A stretch of 64,000 nt of DNA, from assembly GCA_964356335.1 (NCBI GenBank), contig CAYHHI010000013.1:2974-66973 (forward strand), written 5' to 3'. Made by a program: the position numbers and the translations under genes. The notes below the pieces were generated by a model that was given only the letters and a program-made list of their open reading frames with translations, was not told the origin of the DNA and did no database searches. This document shows positions 1 to 10,000 of this stretch, in pieces; within the stretch, counting starts at the first letter, position 1; the number at the start of each line of letters is the position of its first letter. The DNA comes from an uncultured bacterium (lineage in GTDB: Bacteria; Arandabacterota; Arandabacteria; Arandabacterales; Arandabacteraceae).

Positions 1-2081
1 ACGGCCTTCTTGGTTCCGACGAGGACGACCAGCCTCTTAGCCCTCGTAACAGCGGTGTAGAGCAGATTCCGGTAGAGCATTATGTAATGCTGCGTTAGCA
101 TAGGTAACACGACACACGGAAACTCGCTGCCCTGGCTCTTGTGCACAGTTATGGCATAGGCAAGCGTGATTTCGTCAAGCTCGGACCTGGCGTAATCCAC
201 ATCGGCATCGAAACGGACAATCACTTTGTCCTCTTCGGGATCGTAGGCCACAACTCGGCCTATGTCGCCGTTGAAAACCATCTTGTCATAGTTATTCCTC
301 AGTTGCATCACCTTGTCCCCGACCCTGAATCGGAGATCTTCAAGTTTCGCACCCATGGGATTGAGGGCTTCCTGAAGCCTTGTGTTCAGATTGATCGCCC
401 CGGCATCGCCCTTGTACATGGGTGCAAGCACCTGGATGTCGTTAACTGGGTCGAGACCAAATCCTGCCGGCAACTTCCTGGAGACTAGATCGACGATATT
501 GTTGGCAACCTCAGCTGGATTCTCCTCTTCAATCAGGAAGAAATCGCCCGAGCCCTTGCTGAGAACGGGGAACTCACCCTCGTTTATTCGGTGCGCATTC
601 TCCACAATGGTGCTTCCCGCCTCCTGCCTGAAGATGTGGGTGAGCCTGTGAACAGGAAACCGCCTCGCCTCTATGACATCTCGCAAGAAGTTGCCGGGGC
701 CTACGGGCGGAAGCTGGTCAATGTCACCGACCATAATGACCGAAGTTGACGGCTTTATGGCCTTCAGCAGCGAGGCGGCAAGCAGGACGTCAAGCATCGA
801 GGCCTCATCGACCACGACGAGGTCGGCTTCGATAGGGTTCTGGGCATTCCGCCTGAAGATTCCATCCTGAGGACTATACTCAAGCAGCCGGTGAATGGTC
901 CTTGCTTCGCTTTGAGTGATCTCATTCATTCGCTTGGCAGCGCGGCCCGTGGGTGCTGCAAGGCACACTCTGAGCCCATGTGATTCATAGAGCCGGGCAA
1001 AGGCACGAACGATCGTCGTCTTCCCGGTTCCGGGTCCACCCGTGATTATTGCCAGTCTTGACTTCAGACCCTGCTTGATGGCTTCGATCTGCGACTTGCC
1101 GAATTGCATGCCCTGCTCGGATTCGATCAAGGCAAACACTTCGTCAGATGAGGGAATTGCGGGATCCTCTTCGCTTTCATGGAGGCGCTTGAGATTCGCT
1201 ACGATCGCCTTCTCTGCCTCGAGCAGATGGGGCAGGTAAATCCTTCCTCGCTCGCGCCCTATCTCGCCATCACCGGCGAGATTTGAAATGGCTTCATCGA
1301 AGGCGCTCTCCTCTATACCCAGCATCGAGCCGCACTTGGCTCGCAGAAACTGCTCATCCAGAAAGACATGGCCCTCATCCGAGGCTTCAGCAAGCACGTA
1401 CACTATGCCTGCCCGAACTCTCACGGGAGCATCCGGCTCGATGCCAAGCCTGTACGCTATTCTGTCAGCTGTCGCAAAGCCGATTCCCCATATATCAGAG
1501 GCCAATCTATAGGGATTCTCCCGTATCATCTCGATAGACTTGGCTCCATATTGCTTGTAGATCTTGAGGGCACTGCCTGCACGGATACCGTGGGACTCGA
1601 GGAAGACGACCAGCTCGCTGATCTCGCGCTGCTCCTTCCATGCCTTCTTGATGGCCTGCACCCGCTTCGGCCCGAGGCCATCGACTTCGAGCAGCCTTCT
1701 GGGTTCTTTATCTATTATCTCAAGGGTCCGTTCGCCAAATCGCTCGACGATCCTCGCGGCGATTCCTTCGCCTACGCCCCTCACGAGACCTGAAGAAAGG
1801 TAACGTGCGATGCCTTCAGCCGTGTGAGGCGGGACTATCTCATAGGTGTTGATGCCGAACTGGGTGCCGTACTTGGGGTGGGCTACCCACTTACCTTTAG
1901 CCCGGATACGGTCACCGGGGCCGATCCTGGCGAAATAGCCGACGCAAGTGATCTGCGTTCCGGAAGCCTCCAGCCGAAGCACGGTGTAGCCGTCTTCCGA
2001 GCGATATGTGACCCGCTTCACTTCGCCCTTGATCTCGATTTCCTTTTCCTGGAACAGATCCTCAGTCAATCTGACAATCAC
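1..2081 (-). CDS. recD2: RecD2-type SF1 DNA helicase (ATP-dependent RecD-like); C-terminus runs off the left window edge
   Basis: Minus-strand translation from a GTG/TTG start near 2081/2069 gives LTEDLFQEKEIEIKGEVKRVTYRSEDGYTVLRLEASG...GKWVAHPKYGTQFGI, an HhH region (LEVDGLGPKRVQAIKKAW) and Walker A ITGGPGTGKTT (rc of ~1020-1052). It is absent from the ORF track because the frame stays open to position 1. Confidence 0.8.
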   Translation of the reverse strand, partial: MIVRLTEDLFQEKEIEIKGEVKRVTYRSEDGYTVLRLEASGTQITCVGYFARIGPGDRIRAKGKWVAHPKYGTQFGINTYEIVPPHTAEGIARYLSSGLVRGVGEGIAARIVERFGERTLEIIDKEPRRLLEVDGLGPKRVQAIKKAWKEQREISELVVFLESHGIRAGSALKIYKQYGAKSIEMIRENPYRLASDIWGIGFATADRIAYRLGIEPDAPVRVRAGIVYVLAEASDEGHVFLDEQFLRAKCGSMLGIEESAFDEAISNLAGDGEIGRERGRIYLPHLLEAEKAIVANLKRLHESEEDPAIPSSDEVFALIESEQGMQFGKSQIEAIKQGLKSRLAIITGGPGTGKTTIVRAFARLYESHGLRVCLAAPTGRAAKRMNEITQSEARTIHRLLEYSPQDGIFRRNAQNPIEADLVVVDEASMLDVLLAASLLKAIKPSTSVIMVGDIDQLPPVGPGNFLRDVIEARRFPVHRLTHIFRQEAGSTIVENAHRINEGEFPVLSKGSGDFFLIEEENPAEVANNIVDLVSRKLPAGFGLDPVNDIQVLAPMYKGDAGAINLNTRLQEALNPMGAKLEDLRFRVGDKVMQLRNNYDKMVFNGDIGRVVAYDPEEDKVIVRFDADVDYARSELDEITLAYAITVHKSQGSEFPCVVLPMLTQHYIMLYRNLLYTAVTRAKRLVVLVGTKKA

Positions 2082-2095
2082 TCCCGGGTGAGCAT

Positions 2096-3442
2096 CTAGA
2101 GCATGAAAACGTCTACCAGGTCATTTGCTGAGACTGATGCTTTGGCTTCCCCTATGCATATGAGGCAATCGGCTTCAGCAATATGAAGCACGTCTCCGGC
2201 ACCGCGCGATTTCAGTGGTTCGACTGCCATGCCTGCCTCGGGGCGAGGCGCCTGACCCCTGGTCGTTGTCGATTCATCTGGCGTAAGATTGGCCCGACAC
2301 CTGGCCGGTGCCCACCCATCCGGCTCGATATAAGCCTGCCGCACCACGCCCGGTATGAGTTTCGTGTAGCCTCTCTCCTTCTCTATCCCCGCTGTGGTTC
2401 TTGCCTTGAAGGGAGTGGGCAGAAAGTCGGCACATCCCATCATTCTCAGCAATCCCGGCTTCACCACCATCTCAAAGGAAACTATCGCAGCGCCAGGATT
2501 GCCGGGCACACCGAAAAACACAGTATTGCCTCTCCTGCCAAATACCATCCGTCTTCCTGGACTCATTCTGATCTCTCTGAGCCCTATCTCGGCGCCGATC
2601 TTCTCAAGGGCTCCAGGCACAAGGTCATACTCACCATCCGAGACACCGCCGCTCACAATCACGACATCGCAATCCCTGCAAGCCTCAATATGCCGGCCAA
2701 TATCGTCCCCGCTGTCGCCGCTTATCCCCACATCAACAACGTCACACCCAAGCCGAGATGCAAGCCCTGCCAGCGTTGGCGCATTCGAACTTCTCAGGCA
2801 TCCCGGTGAGGGATAAGTATCATAAGGGACTATCTCATCGCCCGTGGCAAAGACGCCGACGCGCGGCATCTTTGTAACAAGCACAGGATCTTGACCGAAG
2901 GCCGCAAGGACACCGGCAGTCCGCGGGGTGATACGCCTGCCCCTGAGATCTATCCGATCACCTTTCCTCGCGATCTCGCCCTTCTTTCGTACGAAAGTGC
3001 CCGGCGGTATGGGTTCCCGTAAGACAACCCGGGCGTCTCTTATCTCGGCATCTTCGGATTTGAGGACGGCATCACAGCCAGGAGGTAGAGTCGCTCCGGT
3101 CATGATAGAAACACATTCGCCGCGGTCAAGTCGCCGAGAAGGCATCTCGCCGGCCTTCACAACGCCGGCGATGCGAAGCAGAACAGGCTCGGCCGGGGTC
3201 GCCTCCAGCGTGGCAGAAGATTCGAAGCCGTAACCATCCATCGCCGACATGTCTGAGGGGGGGTAGTCAATGTCACTCGTGATGTCCTGTCGGATGATCC
3301 TGCCGAGAGCGTCCTTGAGAGGGGCCTTCTCAGATGCAAGGATTTTCACTGCTCCTGTCACTATAGCCTGCGCTTCTTCGAGACTCGCCGCGCGCTTTGG
3401 GTCACTGTGCATGGTAGGCTCCGAGGCTATCATCGGGTGCAA
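2096..3442 (-). CDS. moeA: molybdopterin molybdenumtransferase MoeA
   Basis: 448 aa with MoeA signatures (SAMDGYG, GDEIV, VIVSGGVSDGEYD, GNPGAA) and the MoeA C-terminal domain; TTG start codon. Confidence 0.85.
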   Translation of the reverse strand: MHPMIASEPTMHSDPKRAASLEEAQAIVTGAVKILASEKAPLKDALGRIIRQDITSDIDYPPSDMSAMDGYGFESSATLEATPAEPVLLRIAGVVKAGEMPSRRLDRGECVSIMTGATLPPGCDAVLKSEDAEIRDARVVLREPIPPGTFVRKKGEIARKGDRIDLRGRRITPRTAGVLAAFGQDPVLVTKMPRVGVFATGDEIVPYDTYPSPGCLRSSNAPTLAGLASRLGCDVVDVGISGDSGDDIGRHIEACRDCDVVIVSGGVSDGEYDLVPGALEKIGAEIGLREIRMSPGRRMVFGRRGNTVFFGVPGNPGAAIVSFEMVVKPGLLRMMGCADFLPTPFKARTTAGIEKERGYTKLIPGVVRQAYIEPDGWAPARCRANLTPDESTTTRGQAPRPEAGMAVEPLKSRGAGDVLHIAEADCLICIGEAKASVSANDLVDVFML

Positions 3443-3459
3443 GAGGTGTCAAGCGCGGC

Positions 3460-4611
3460 CTAAGTCCAGACACCCGGGATCGTGGTGCCGCATTTCGAGC
3501 ACTTGCCGTTGTCAAGATGCATCGAGAGAAGCGTGTAGCCGGCCCGCTTTATGACGTTCTGGCCGCATTGAGGGCAATAGGTGGACTCCCCCGGGTGACC
3601 TGTAGGCACGTTACCCACATAGACGAATTTGAGCCCCCGTGCCAGAGCGATTTCGCGAGCTCGCTCGACAGAGGAGACAGGCGTCGGAGGCAGATTGGTC
3701 AGGCGGAAGGTCGGATAGAAACGGGTGAAGTGAAGCGGAACCTGATTGCCGACATTGTCGGAAAGCCACTTGCACATCGTGTCTATCTCTCTCTCGTTAT
3801 CGTTGAGGGTAGGAATCACGAGATAGACAATTTCAACCCAGGTCCCAGCCCTCTTCACAGTCACTATCGAATCCAGGACCGGCTTGAGCGTTGAATTGCA
3901 CATCTTGGAGTAGAAGTCCTGTGTGAACGCCTTGAGGTCGATCTTTATGGCATCCATCTCGCGCGCAAGGAGAAGCAGGGGATCGCGGTTTATGTAGCCC
4001 GCCGATATCATGACGTTCCTGAGACGGGCGGCGCGGCCCTGCCTCGCAGTATCAAGCATGTATTCATAGTAAACAGTGGGTTCCGTGTAGGTGTACGCGA
4101 TCGTCGGAGCGGCGAGTCTTCGGGTTGCCTCAACCGCCTTCTCGGGAGGCATGTTTGACGCATCCACATTCTCCGGCCTTTCCTGCGATATTTCCCAATT
4201 CTGGCAGAACTTGCATTCCATGTTGCAGCCGACAGTGGCAAGTGAGAAGGCCATGGTCCCGGGAAGAAAGTGGAAGAGGGGTTTTTTCTCTATGGGGTCA
4301 ACGTGGTAGGTGCACACCCGGCCGTATACAACCGTGTAATACGTGCCCTTGAGATTCTCCCGGACTCCGCAATAGCCTCGCTCGATGTCATCAATCACAC
4401 ACTGTCTCGGACAGACCAGGCAGCGAATCCGTTCATCCGGAAGCTTCTCATAGAACATCGCCTCTTTGTAGAACTCATTCTGCCCGGTTGCGCTCCCTTG
4501 TGCAAGGAGCCGACCGGGAGTGAGCGGCCCGGAGACTAGCCCTCCACCCATGGCACCGCAGGCACTGGCGCACACCGTCCTCACGAATTCCCGTCGCTTC
4601 ATCCCACGCAC
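3460..4611 (-). CDS. AmmeMemoRadiSam-type radical SAM enzyme (AmrS-like) with an N-terminal twin-arginine-like extension
   Basis: CNMECKFCQNWEIS (a Cx3Cx2C radical SAM motif plus the QNWEIS signature), RCLVCPRQCVI...GYCGVREN, PIEKKPLFHF and a C-terminal CPQCG...CSKCG zinc ribbon. The first ~45 aa, MRGMKRREFVRTVCASACGAMGGGLVSGPLTPGRLLAQGSA, look like a Tat signal. Confidence 0.75.
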   Translation of the reverse strand: MRGMKRREFVRTVCASACGAMGGGLVSGPLTPGRLLAQGSATGQNEFYKEAMFYEKLPDERIRCLVCPRQCVIDDIERGYCGVRENLKGTYYTVVYGRVCTYHVDPIEKKPLFHFLPGTMAFSLATVGCNMECKFCQNWEISQERPENVDASNMPPEKAVEATRRLAAPTIAYTYTEPTVYYEYMLDTARQGRAARLRNVMISAGYINRDPLLLLAREMDAIKIDLKAFTQDFYSKMCNSTLKPVLDSIVTVKRAGTWVEIVYLVIPTLNDNEREIDTMCKWLSDNVGNQVPLHFTRFYPTFRLTNLPPTPVSSVERAREIALARGLKFVYVGNVPTGHPGESTYCPQCGQNVIKRAGYTLLSMHLDNGKCSKCGTTIPGVWT

Positions 4612-4699
4612 CCCAATCGCTTACAAGCCTCCCGATGCTCCCGATGAAGGGATCCCTGCCGATCCCCTTGATATCGGTCCGCAATGCTGCCAGCTCGCA

Positions 4700-5695
4700 T
4701 CAATCTTGAATCTCCACGATTTCGATCTTCTCGAGATCACTGCACCCGACGCCTCTTCTGCCTGCAGTGAAAACATACTCCGCCCTGCGGCCTTGCTCGG
4801 CAAGAGAGGGAATCCCGGCTTCTCGCCTTTTCTTCTCGATGAGATCAAGGCATACGCGGTCAACTGCCACCGCATCAAGGCCAATGACAAGACCTTTGAA
4901 TTCCCACCGGTACTTTGATTTGTAGCCTGGGCCGCCGTTGTAAGCTCCGACAAGTCCGTCGACCACAGAGAGTCTATGCCTTTCTCTGATAACAGGTGCC
5001 TGGTACAGATCGGCAACATATGGATCACAACCGTTGGGATGATACTTGTTCGGATTGTGTATGACACCGTAGAAATTCTTCATGCACCCGGAAATGCCGG
5101 CAATCCCATGGTCTTTGAGGACCGCAAGGCTTATCACGGAATCACAGTGTTCGGTGAGGACCCTGCTAAACTTGGAGCCTACGGCGCCGGACTCCCTCAG
5201 GGAGCTCTCGTAGCCCATCCCTTCCGAGTCGGTGGCAAGACACTCGATATTTCCATCACGCTTGATTTGAAAACCCGCGCTTGCCATCTCGTGCTCACTC
5301 CGATCCCAGATGGTGACCCTGGCGCTCTCGATCTTGCTGACGATAAGGTCTGCAAGCCCATAGGCCACTTCCCTCCTGGTCGCGAGCGGTCTCCCTCCAA
5401 GGCAGTTGATCTTGATCCCAATCCGGCTTGAGCCACCGAGAATGGCCTTCAAGGGTTCCGCTGGCCTTGGATCCAAGAGCTCGCGGAGACCGGTTTCAAG
5501 CAACACGGAGACTCGCTGCGGGACAGGCTCGCCATCCCTGAGAACTCCGCTGTCTCGAGCTATGACAACTCTGGATTGGCCGGGCGGTTTGGTTTCACCT
5601 GCACGAAGGACTGAACTGAGCAGGCTCGCAGACAGGGGAAGGCCGACCGAAAGAGCGCCGAGCTCTTTGATGAACCGCCTTCTGGTTTTACCCAT
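4700..5695 (-). CDS. DUF362 domain protein with Tat signal peptide
   Basis: N-terminus MGKTRRRFIKELGALSVGLPLSASLLSSVL fits the RRxFxK Tat consensus followed by a hydrophobic region. The body matches DUF362 (IKINCLGG, LKDHGIAGISGCMKNFYGV, VVDGLVGAYNGGPG, GLDAVAVDRVCLDL). Confidence 0.7.
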   Translation of the reverse strand: MGKTRRRFIKELGALSVGLPLSASLLSSVLRAGETKPPGQSRVVIARDSGVLRDGEPVPQRVSVLLETGLRELLDPRPAEPLKAILGGSSRIGIKINCLGGRPLATRREVAYGLADLIVSKIESARVTIWDRSEHEMASAGFQIKRDGNIECLATDSEGMGYESSLRESGAVGSKFSRVLTEHCDSVISLAVLKDHGIAGISGCMKNFYGVIHNPNKYHPNGCDPYVADLYQAPVIRERHRLSVVDGLVGAYNGGPGYKSKYRWEFKGLVIGLDAVAVDRVCLDLIEKKRREAGIPSLAEQGRRAEYVFTAGRRGVGCSDLEKIEIVEIQD

Positions 5696-5753
5696 CTTTG
5701 TGGCCTCTTCCTCAATCTAAAAGATGGGTAAAGTCAATGTCAACAAAACAAGA

Positions 5754-5794
5754 GGGTTGTGCCCTCGCCGCGGGGAATCACGAAGGCACAACCC
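5754..5794 (-). terminator. Rho-independent terminator downstream of the sigma factor gene
   Basis: Perfect 10-bp inverted repeat GGGTTGTGCC (5754-5763) / GGCACAACCC (5785-5794) with a 21-nt loop. On the minus strand it is followed by UCUUGUUUUGUUG (rc of 5741-5753). It sits 12 nt past the stop codon at 5806. Confidence 0.55.
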
Positions 5795-5805
5795 GAGAGA
5801 GAAGG

Positions 5806-6759
5806 TCACATTCTTGTTACGAGTAGTCTCTGCATCCTCCTCTTTTTCATCAGCGTTCGCATTTTTTGAATTGCTCTCTTCTCGATCTGCCTGATTCGCT
5901 CGCGCGTTATCCCGACCATCTTACCTGTTTCGGCGAGCGACCTCAGGTTCCCGTCCTCAAGCCCGAAACGGTAGGCCAGTATCTGCCGTTCTCGCTCGGA
6001 GAGATCATTAAGAAGAGCATCAAGCCGCCTCGAATCTATCCTGCCGAGAGCGTCCTCATCGGGCGGCATGTTTGACTGGTCGGTAAGGACCTCATGGAGG
6101 CTGACCTCACCGTCAGGAGAGCATGGCGAATCAAGTGATACGGTGGACGCGGCATTCGTTATCTCGGCATATCTCACCGCAGAGATGCCTATGCGGCGGC
6201 ATACCTCGGTTTCACACGGCAGGGTGTTTCTCGTCTGTATAAGACTCTGCTCCATGACCCTGACCCTGCGCATGATGTCAATCACGTTCGCGGGCAATCT
6301 CACCGTTCTCGAGTCTGTTGCCAGCGCCTTTGTTATCGCCTGTCTTATCCACTTCGAGGCATAAGTGCTGAATCTGAAGCCCTTCTCATACTTGAAACGC
6401 TCGACAGCCTTTATGAGGCCGAGGTTGCCTTCGCCTATCAAATCAGTAAGCGGCAGGCCCATGCCCCGATATCTCCGTGCAATCGCCACCACAAGCCTCA
6501 GGTTGGCTCCGATCATCTTCTCCTTGGCCATCGGGTCCCCCCTTCTCACGCGCAAAGCGACAACCTGCTCTTCGCCTTTTGTGAAGAGAGGAATCCGGCT
6601 TATGGCTTTAAGGTAAAGAGCCAAGCTCTCCGCTGCCCATTCAGCACCGACACCTGGCGATCGCGTTAGCAAGGATTCATCCTCTGCTTGATATTGCCTC
6701 AGGGAGATCTCGGGATCCTCTTCGTCGATGAAGGGTCGGTCCAACATCGCCTCATCCAT
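5806..6759 (-). CDS. sigma-70 family RNA polymerase sigma factor (group 1/2, RpoS/RpoD-like, 317 aa)
   Basis: Regions 1.2 to 4 recognisable: LRLVVAIARRY, DLIGEGNLGLIKAVERFKYEKGFRFSTYASKWIRQAI, region 4 LSERERQILAYRFGL...ITRERIRQIEKRAIQKMR. Confidence 0.85.
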   Translation of the reverse strand: MDEAMLDRPFIDEEDPEISLRQYQAEDESLLTRSPGVGAEWAAESLALYLKAISRIPLFTKGEEQVVALRVRRGDPMAKEKMIGANLRLVVAIARRYRGMGLPLTDLIGEGNLGLIKAVERFKYEKGFRFSTYASKWIRQAITKALATDSRTVRLPANVIDIMRRVRVMEQSLIQTRNTLPCETEVCRRIGISAVRYAEITNAASTVSLDSPCSPDGEVSLHEVLTDQSNMPPDEDALGRIDSRRLDALLNDLSERERQILAYRFGLEDGNLRSLAETGKMVGITRERIRQIEKRAIQKMRTLMKKRRMQRLLVTRM

Positions 6760-6846
6760 CCTTCGGTGCCCACCCCTGGTTCTGGCCCCGCCTGGAGCCT
6801 CGACCTACAGGAGACGAGGGGCTCACCGTAGTCACTAAGGTAAACC

Positions 6847-6862
6847 GCAAGTTTTGTGCCGG
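6847..6862 (-). promoter_or_regulatory. sigma-54 (-24/-12) promoter candidate upstream of the sigma factor gene
   Basis: The minus strand reads cCGGCAC-aaaac-TTGC (forward GCAA 6847-6850, N5, GTGCC 6856-6860, GG 6861-6862), with GG-N10-GC spacing exact. It lies ~90 nt upstream of the ATG at 6759, in the 314-bp gap between the EBP gene and the sigma factor gene. Confidence 0.5.
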
Positions 6863-7073
6863 AACGTAACCCTGCACTGCAATTTCGTTGCAATCTATTT
6901 GGCTCTAAATCAACAGGTTACAAATGCTGCTCTCTCGAGATCGCAGAGTATGATGTGGGAATGATTCGTCTGTGTAACCGAACTTCACACGCAGATGGGC
7001 TGAAACGTGGAGATGTAGGAAAGACGGGACTTCGCGATGGGAACAAGAGTCACAGAACAGGTGTGAACTTACT

Positions 7074-10000
7074 TCACGGAACGATGCGGTAGCGTTGGAT
7101 TTTGTTGAGGAGCCCGCGCCTACTGAGGCCCAAGTTCCTGGCAACCTTGCTCTTGTTGCCGTTGAAACGATACAGCGCCTCCCTGATCATCTGCCTCTCG
7201 ATCTGTTCAACAGCTTCGACGAGGCCATGCCTACCGTCAGAGCCGACAATGCTTCCCCAGGTGCGCAGCTCATCAGATAAGAAAGCCGGTGTGATCGCCT
7301 CTCCGTCCTCAACGAAAGTGACCGCCCTCTCGACCTCGTGCTCGAGCTGCCTGACGTTGCCCGGCCACGAGTAACTCACGAGAAGGTCCATTGCAGAGGG
7401 AGCGAACCCCGCCACCGCCTTTTCCATCTCGCCGGTGTATTTCTCGAGGAAGTACTCGGCAAGAAGCGGTATGTCATCGCGCCTATCGCGGAGAGCCGGC
7501 AGCTTCAAGGATATGACCTTCAACCTGTAGTAGAGGTCTTCAAGAAATCTCTCGCCTTCCACTTCTTTGGCAAGATCCTTATTGGTTGCACATATCAGCC
7601 TGAAATCAGCCTTCTTCGAGACCGTTGACCCCATGGGCTTGAATTCTCGTTTGTCAACGACCTGGAGCAACCTGTCCTGGAATTTTCTGGAAGTCTTGTC
7701 TATCTCATCCAGGAAAACCGTACCGCCCTCCGCGGCTTCGAAAAGACCGGTTCTGTCGGCCCTTGCATCAGTAAAGGCACCCTTCACATGACCGAAGAGC
7801 TCACTCTCCACAATCTCAGTCGATAGTGCCGAGCAGTCAATCGTCACGAAGGGCCTACTGCACCTGTCTCCGCTCAGATGAATAGCCCTTGCAAGCATCT
7901 CCTTGCCGGTCCCCGTTTCACCCTCGACCAGGACCGTGGTTGATGTCTTTGCGAGGAACCTCACAGACTCGAGAATCTCCAGCATCTTCTTGTTCTGGCT
8001 GATGATCCCCTGGACGTGACAGGATGCCTCGAGCTTGCTCCTCAAGAACCTTGCCTCTTCCATGAACCTCGCCAGCTGCGCCTCGGAGAGCACGCTCTTC
8101 AAGATGCCGACTATGGCGACAACGAACTCGACGTCACTTCGGGTGAAGAAGTGATCCGCACAGTCGGTATCGAGGTATATGCAGCCTACCGTGTCGCCTC
8201 TCAGCGTAAGGGGAACGCACATCACGGCGCCCTGGAGGACTCCTGCCGTGGCCAGGCCGGCCAGCCGTTCATCTTTACCAATGTTCGCGCTGACAAGCGG
8301 CCTGTTCAAATCCTCTGCAATCCTGAGTATCGTCTCCACGGCCGGTACGGCTTGCGTACACTGCCGGGTCTCAAGATCCTTCGACGCGAGAGGTTCGAGC
8401 TTCCCATTGCGCCTGAGAAGGATCAGCCCCCTCTCAGCCGAAGTCCTGTCCACACAGGCGTCAAGCGCCAGCTGCAACTTACTCGCCTGGTCTCCGGCAC
8501 CGAGGATGCGAGCCATAATCACATTGAAGACTGACAGATCCCCGGAGTCACTCACCGACAGGCATGAAATCTGCTCATCCGCCTGCTTCTGAATGCTTTC
8601 GATATCATCAGCGAATATGCTGGGAATGTCACCGCCAAATATCTGCATCAGCTTGTCGAGATACTTGCGACACTGCTCTACGTCTCCCCGCACAGCCGCA
8701 ATCCTGCCTAAGGCCACAGCGGAGAGCCCAGCTTCATAAACCATCTCAAGCTCTTCAAAAATCCCCAACGCCTCGGTAAGATAACTCGCGGCAATGTCGC
8801 CGGAAGATGATTGGGTGGAAAGCAGCTGTCCCGCTCTCAGATAGGTCAACCCCAGCTCTTTCCTCTCCCCCAGGGAATAGAGCAAGTTTATCGACTTGGC
8901 GAAGGTCTCTCTAGCTTTTTCCCACTCTCCGAGTCCAAACTCTGCACAAGCCTTTGACCGCAGGGCACAACCCTGCTCGAAGACCTCCTTGAGGTCCACT
9001 GCCAGTCTATACGCCTCTCGAGCGAGCTCAAGGGCGGCAAGGTAATTCGTGCGAGCCGACTCGACGTCCGCAAGCCTTCGCTTGACCTCCACGACAACGT
9101 CGCCCTGGGGTGCGATCTCCTCGCCGATCTCAAGCGCCTGAAGGTAATGGCGATGAGCCGAATCGATCCGGCCGCACGCCATTTCCACGTCGCCCACATA
9201 TTCGAAGCTCAGCGCAGACCCGCGGGCATCACCGTTGTCGGAGCTTTCTTTCATCGCAAGCACATAGTATTGCTGGGCCCGCTCGACATCCCGGTAGGTA
9301 AGGTAGTAGTGGCCGAGAGCGAGATATACCGACACCAGCTCCCACCTGTTGCCGATCCTTGCAAGGACTTCCAAGGCCTCAGTCCAACACCTGTGGGCCT
9401 TCTTCCAGTACCCTCGCTTCGAGTAGATTATGCCGAGATTGGTGAGGCGCACACCTTTCTGAAGATGCTGCCCGACTTCCTCAGAGATCCGCAAGGCTTC
9501 CTCAAGATAGGCCTGAGACTCAGACCAAAGCCCGAGGTTCTTGCACGCAAGACCGAGGTTATTGAGGCACGTGCCTACCAGTTCCTTGTCATTGACGACC
9601 CGCGCCACCGACAAGGCGGACCGAAGGAACTCAAGGGCTCTCTCGGTGTCTCCCTTCCTGGCGTACACTCCGGCGAGGCAGTTATAAGTGTCGACCAGCT
9701 CTTTTCCCCTGCCCCCAGCAAGCATTATCTCCAGAGCTGATTCGCAATCTGCCTGGGAAAGATCGTACTCCCCTATCTTGAAATGCACCCATGCCCTCTC
9801 GCTAATTATGCGCGCGAGCTCGACCGTGTCTTCGCCCTCTGATACCAGCATGAAAGCCTTGTCCAGGAGCTCAAGGGCATGGTCGCACTTGCCAATCCGC
9901 ATATAGCAGATGGCCAATCTTCTGAGCAAAGAAGCTCGTCGAGGGTTGAGATCCTTGGAGTTGCCGGTTAGAGCCAGGAGCTTCGTAAAATAATCTATTG

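Noticed and set aside
4621-5067. 148-aa minus-strand ORF overlapping the 3' end of the DUF362 gene
   Set aside because: Different frame of the same region as the well-supported DUF362 CDS; no independent evidence.
6699-6893. 64-aa minus-strand ORF spanning the putative sigma-54 promoter and 5' UTR of the sigma factor gene
   Set aside because: Overlaps the sigma factor start in another frame and has no features; more likely leader sequence than a gene.
7095-9906. Several 60-200-aa plus-strand ORFs (e.g. 8016-8534, 9147-9740) inside the EBP gene; similar antisense ORFs inside pnp (22991-24073), nusA (31331-31933, 32111-33076), the giant gene (37057-38112, 38245-39114), ptsI/HPr (47751-48956), rpoN (50502-51629) and pyrG (56855-57961)
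   Set aside because: All are fully contained in, and antisense to, strongly supported genes with clear homology; they show no domain signatures.
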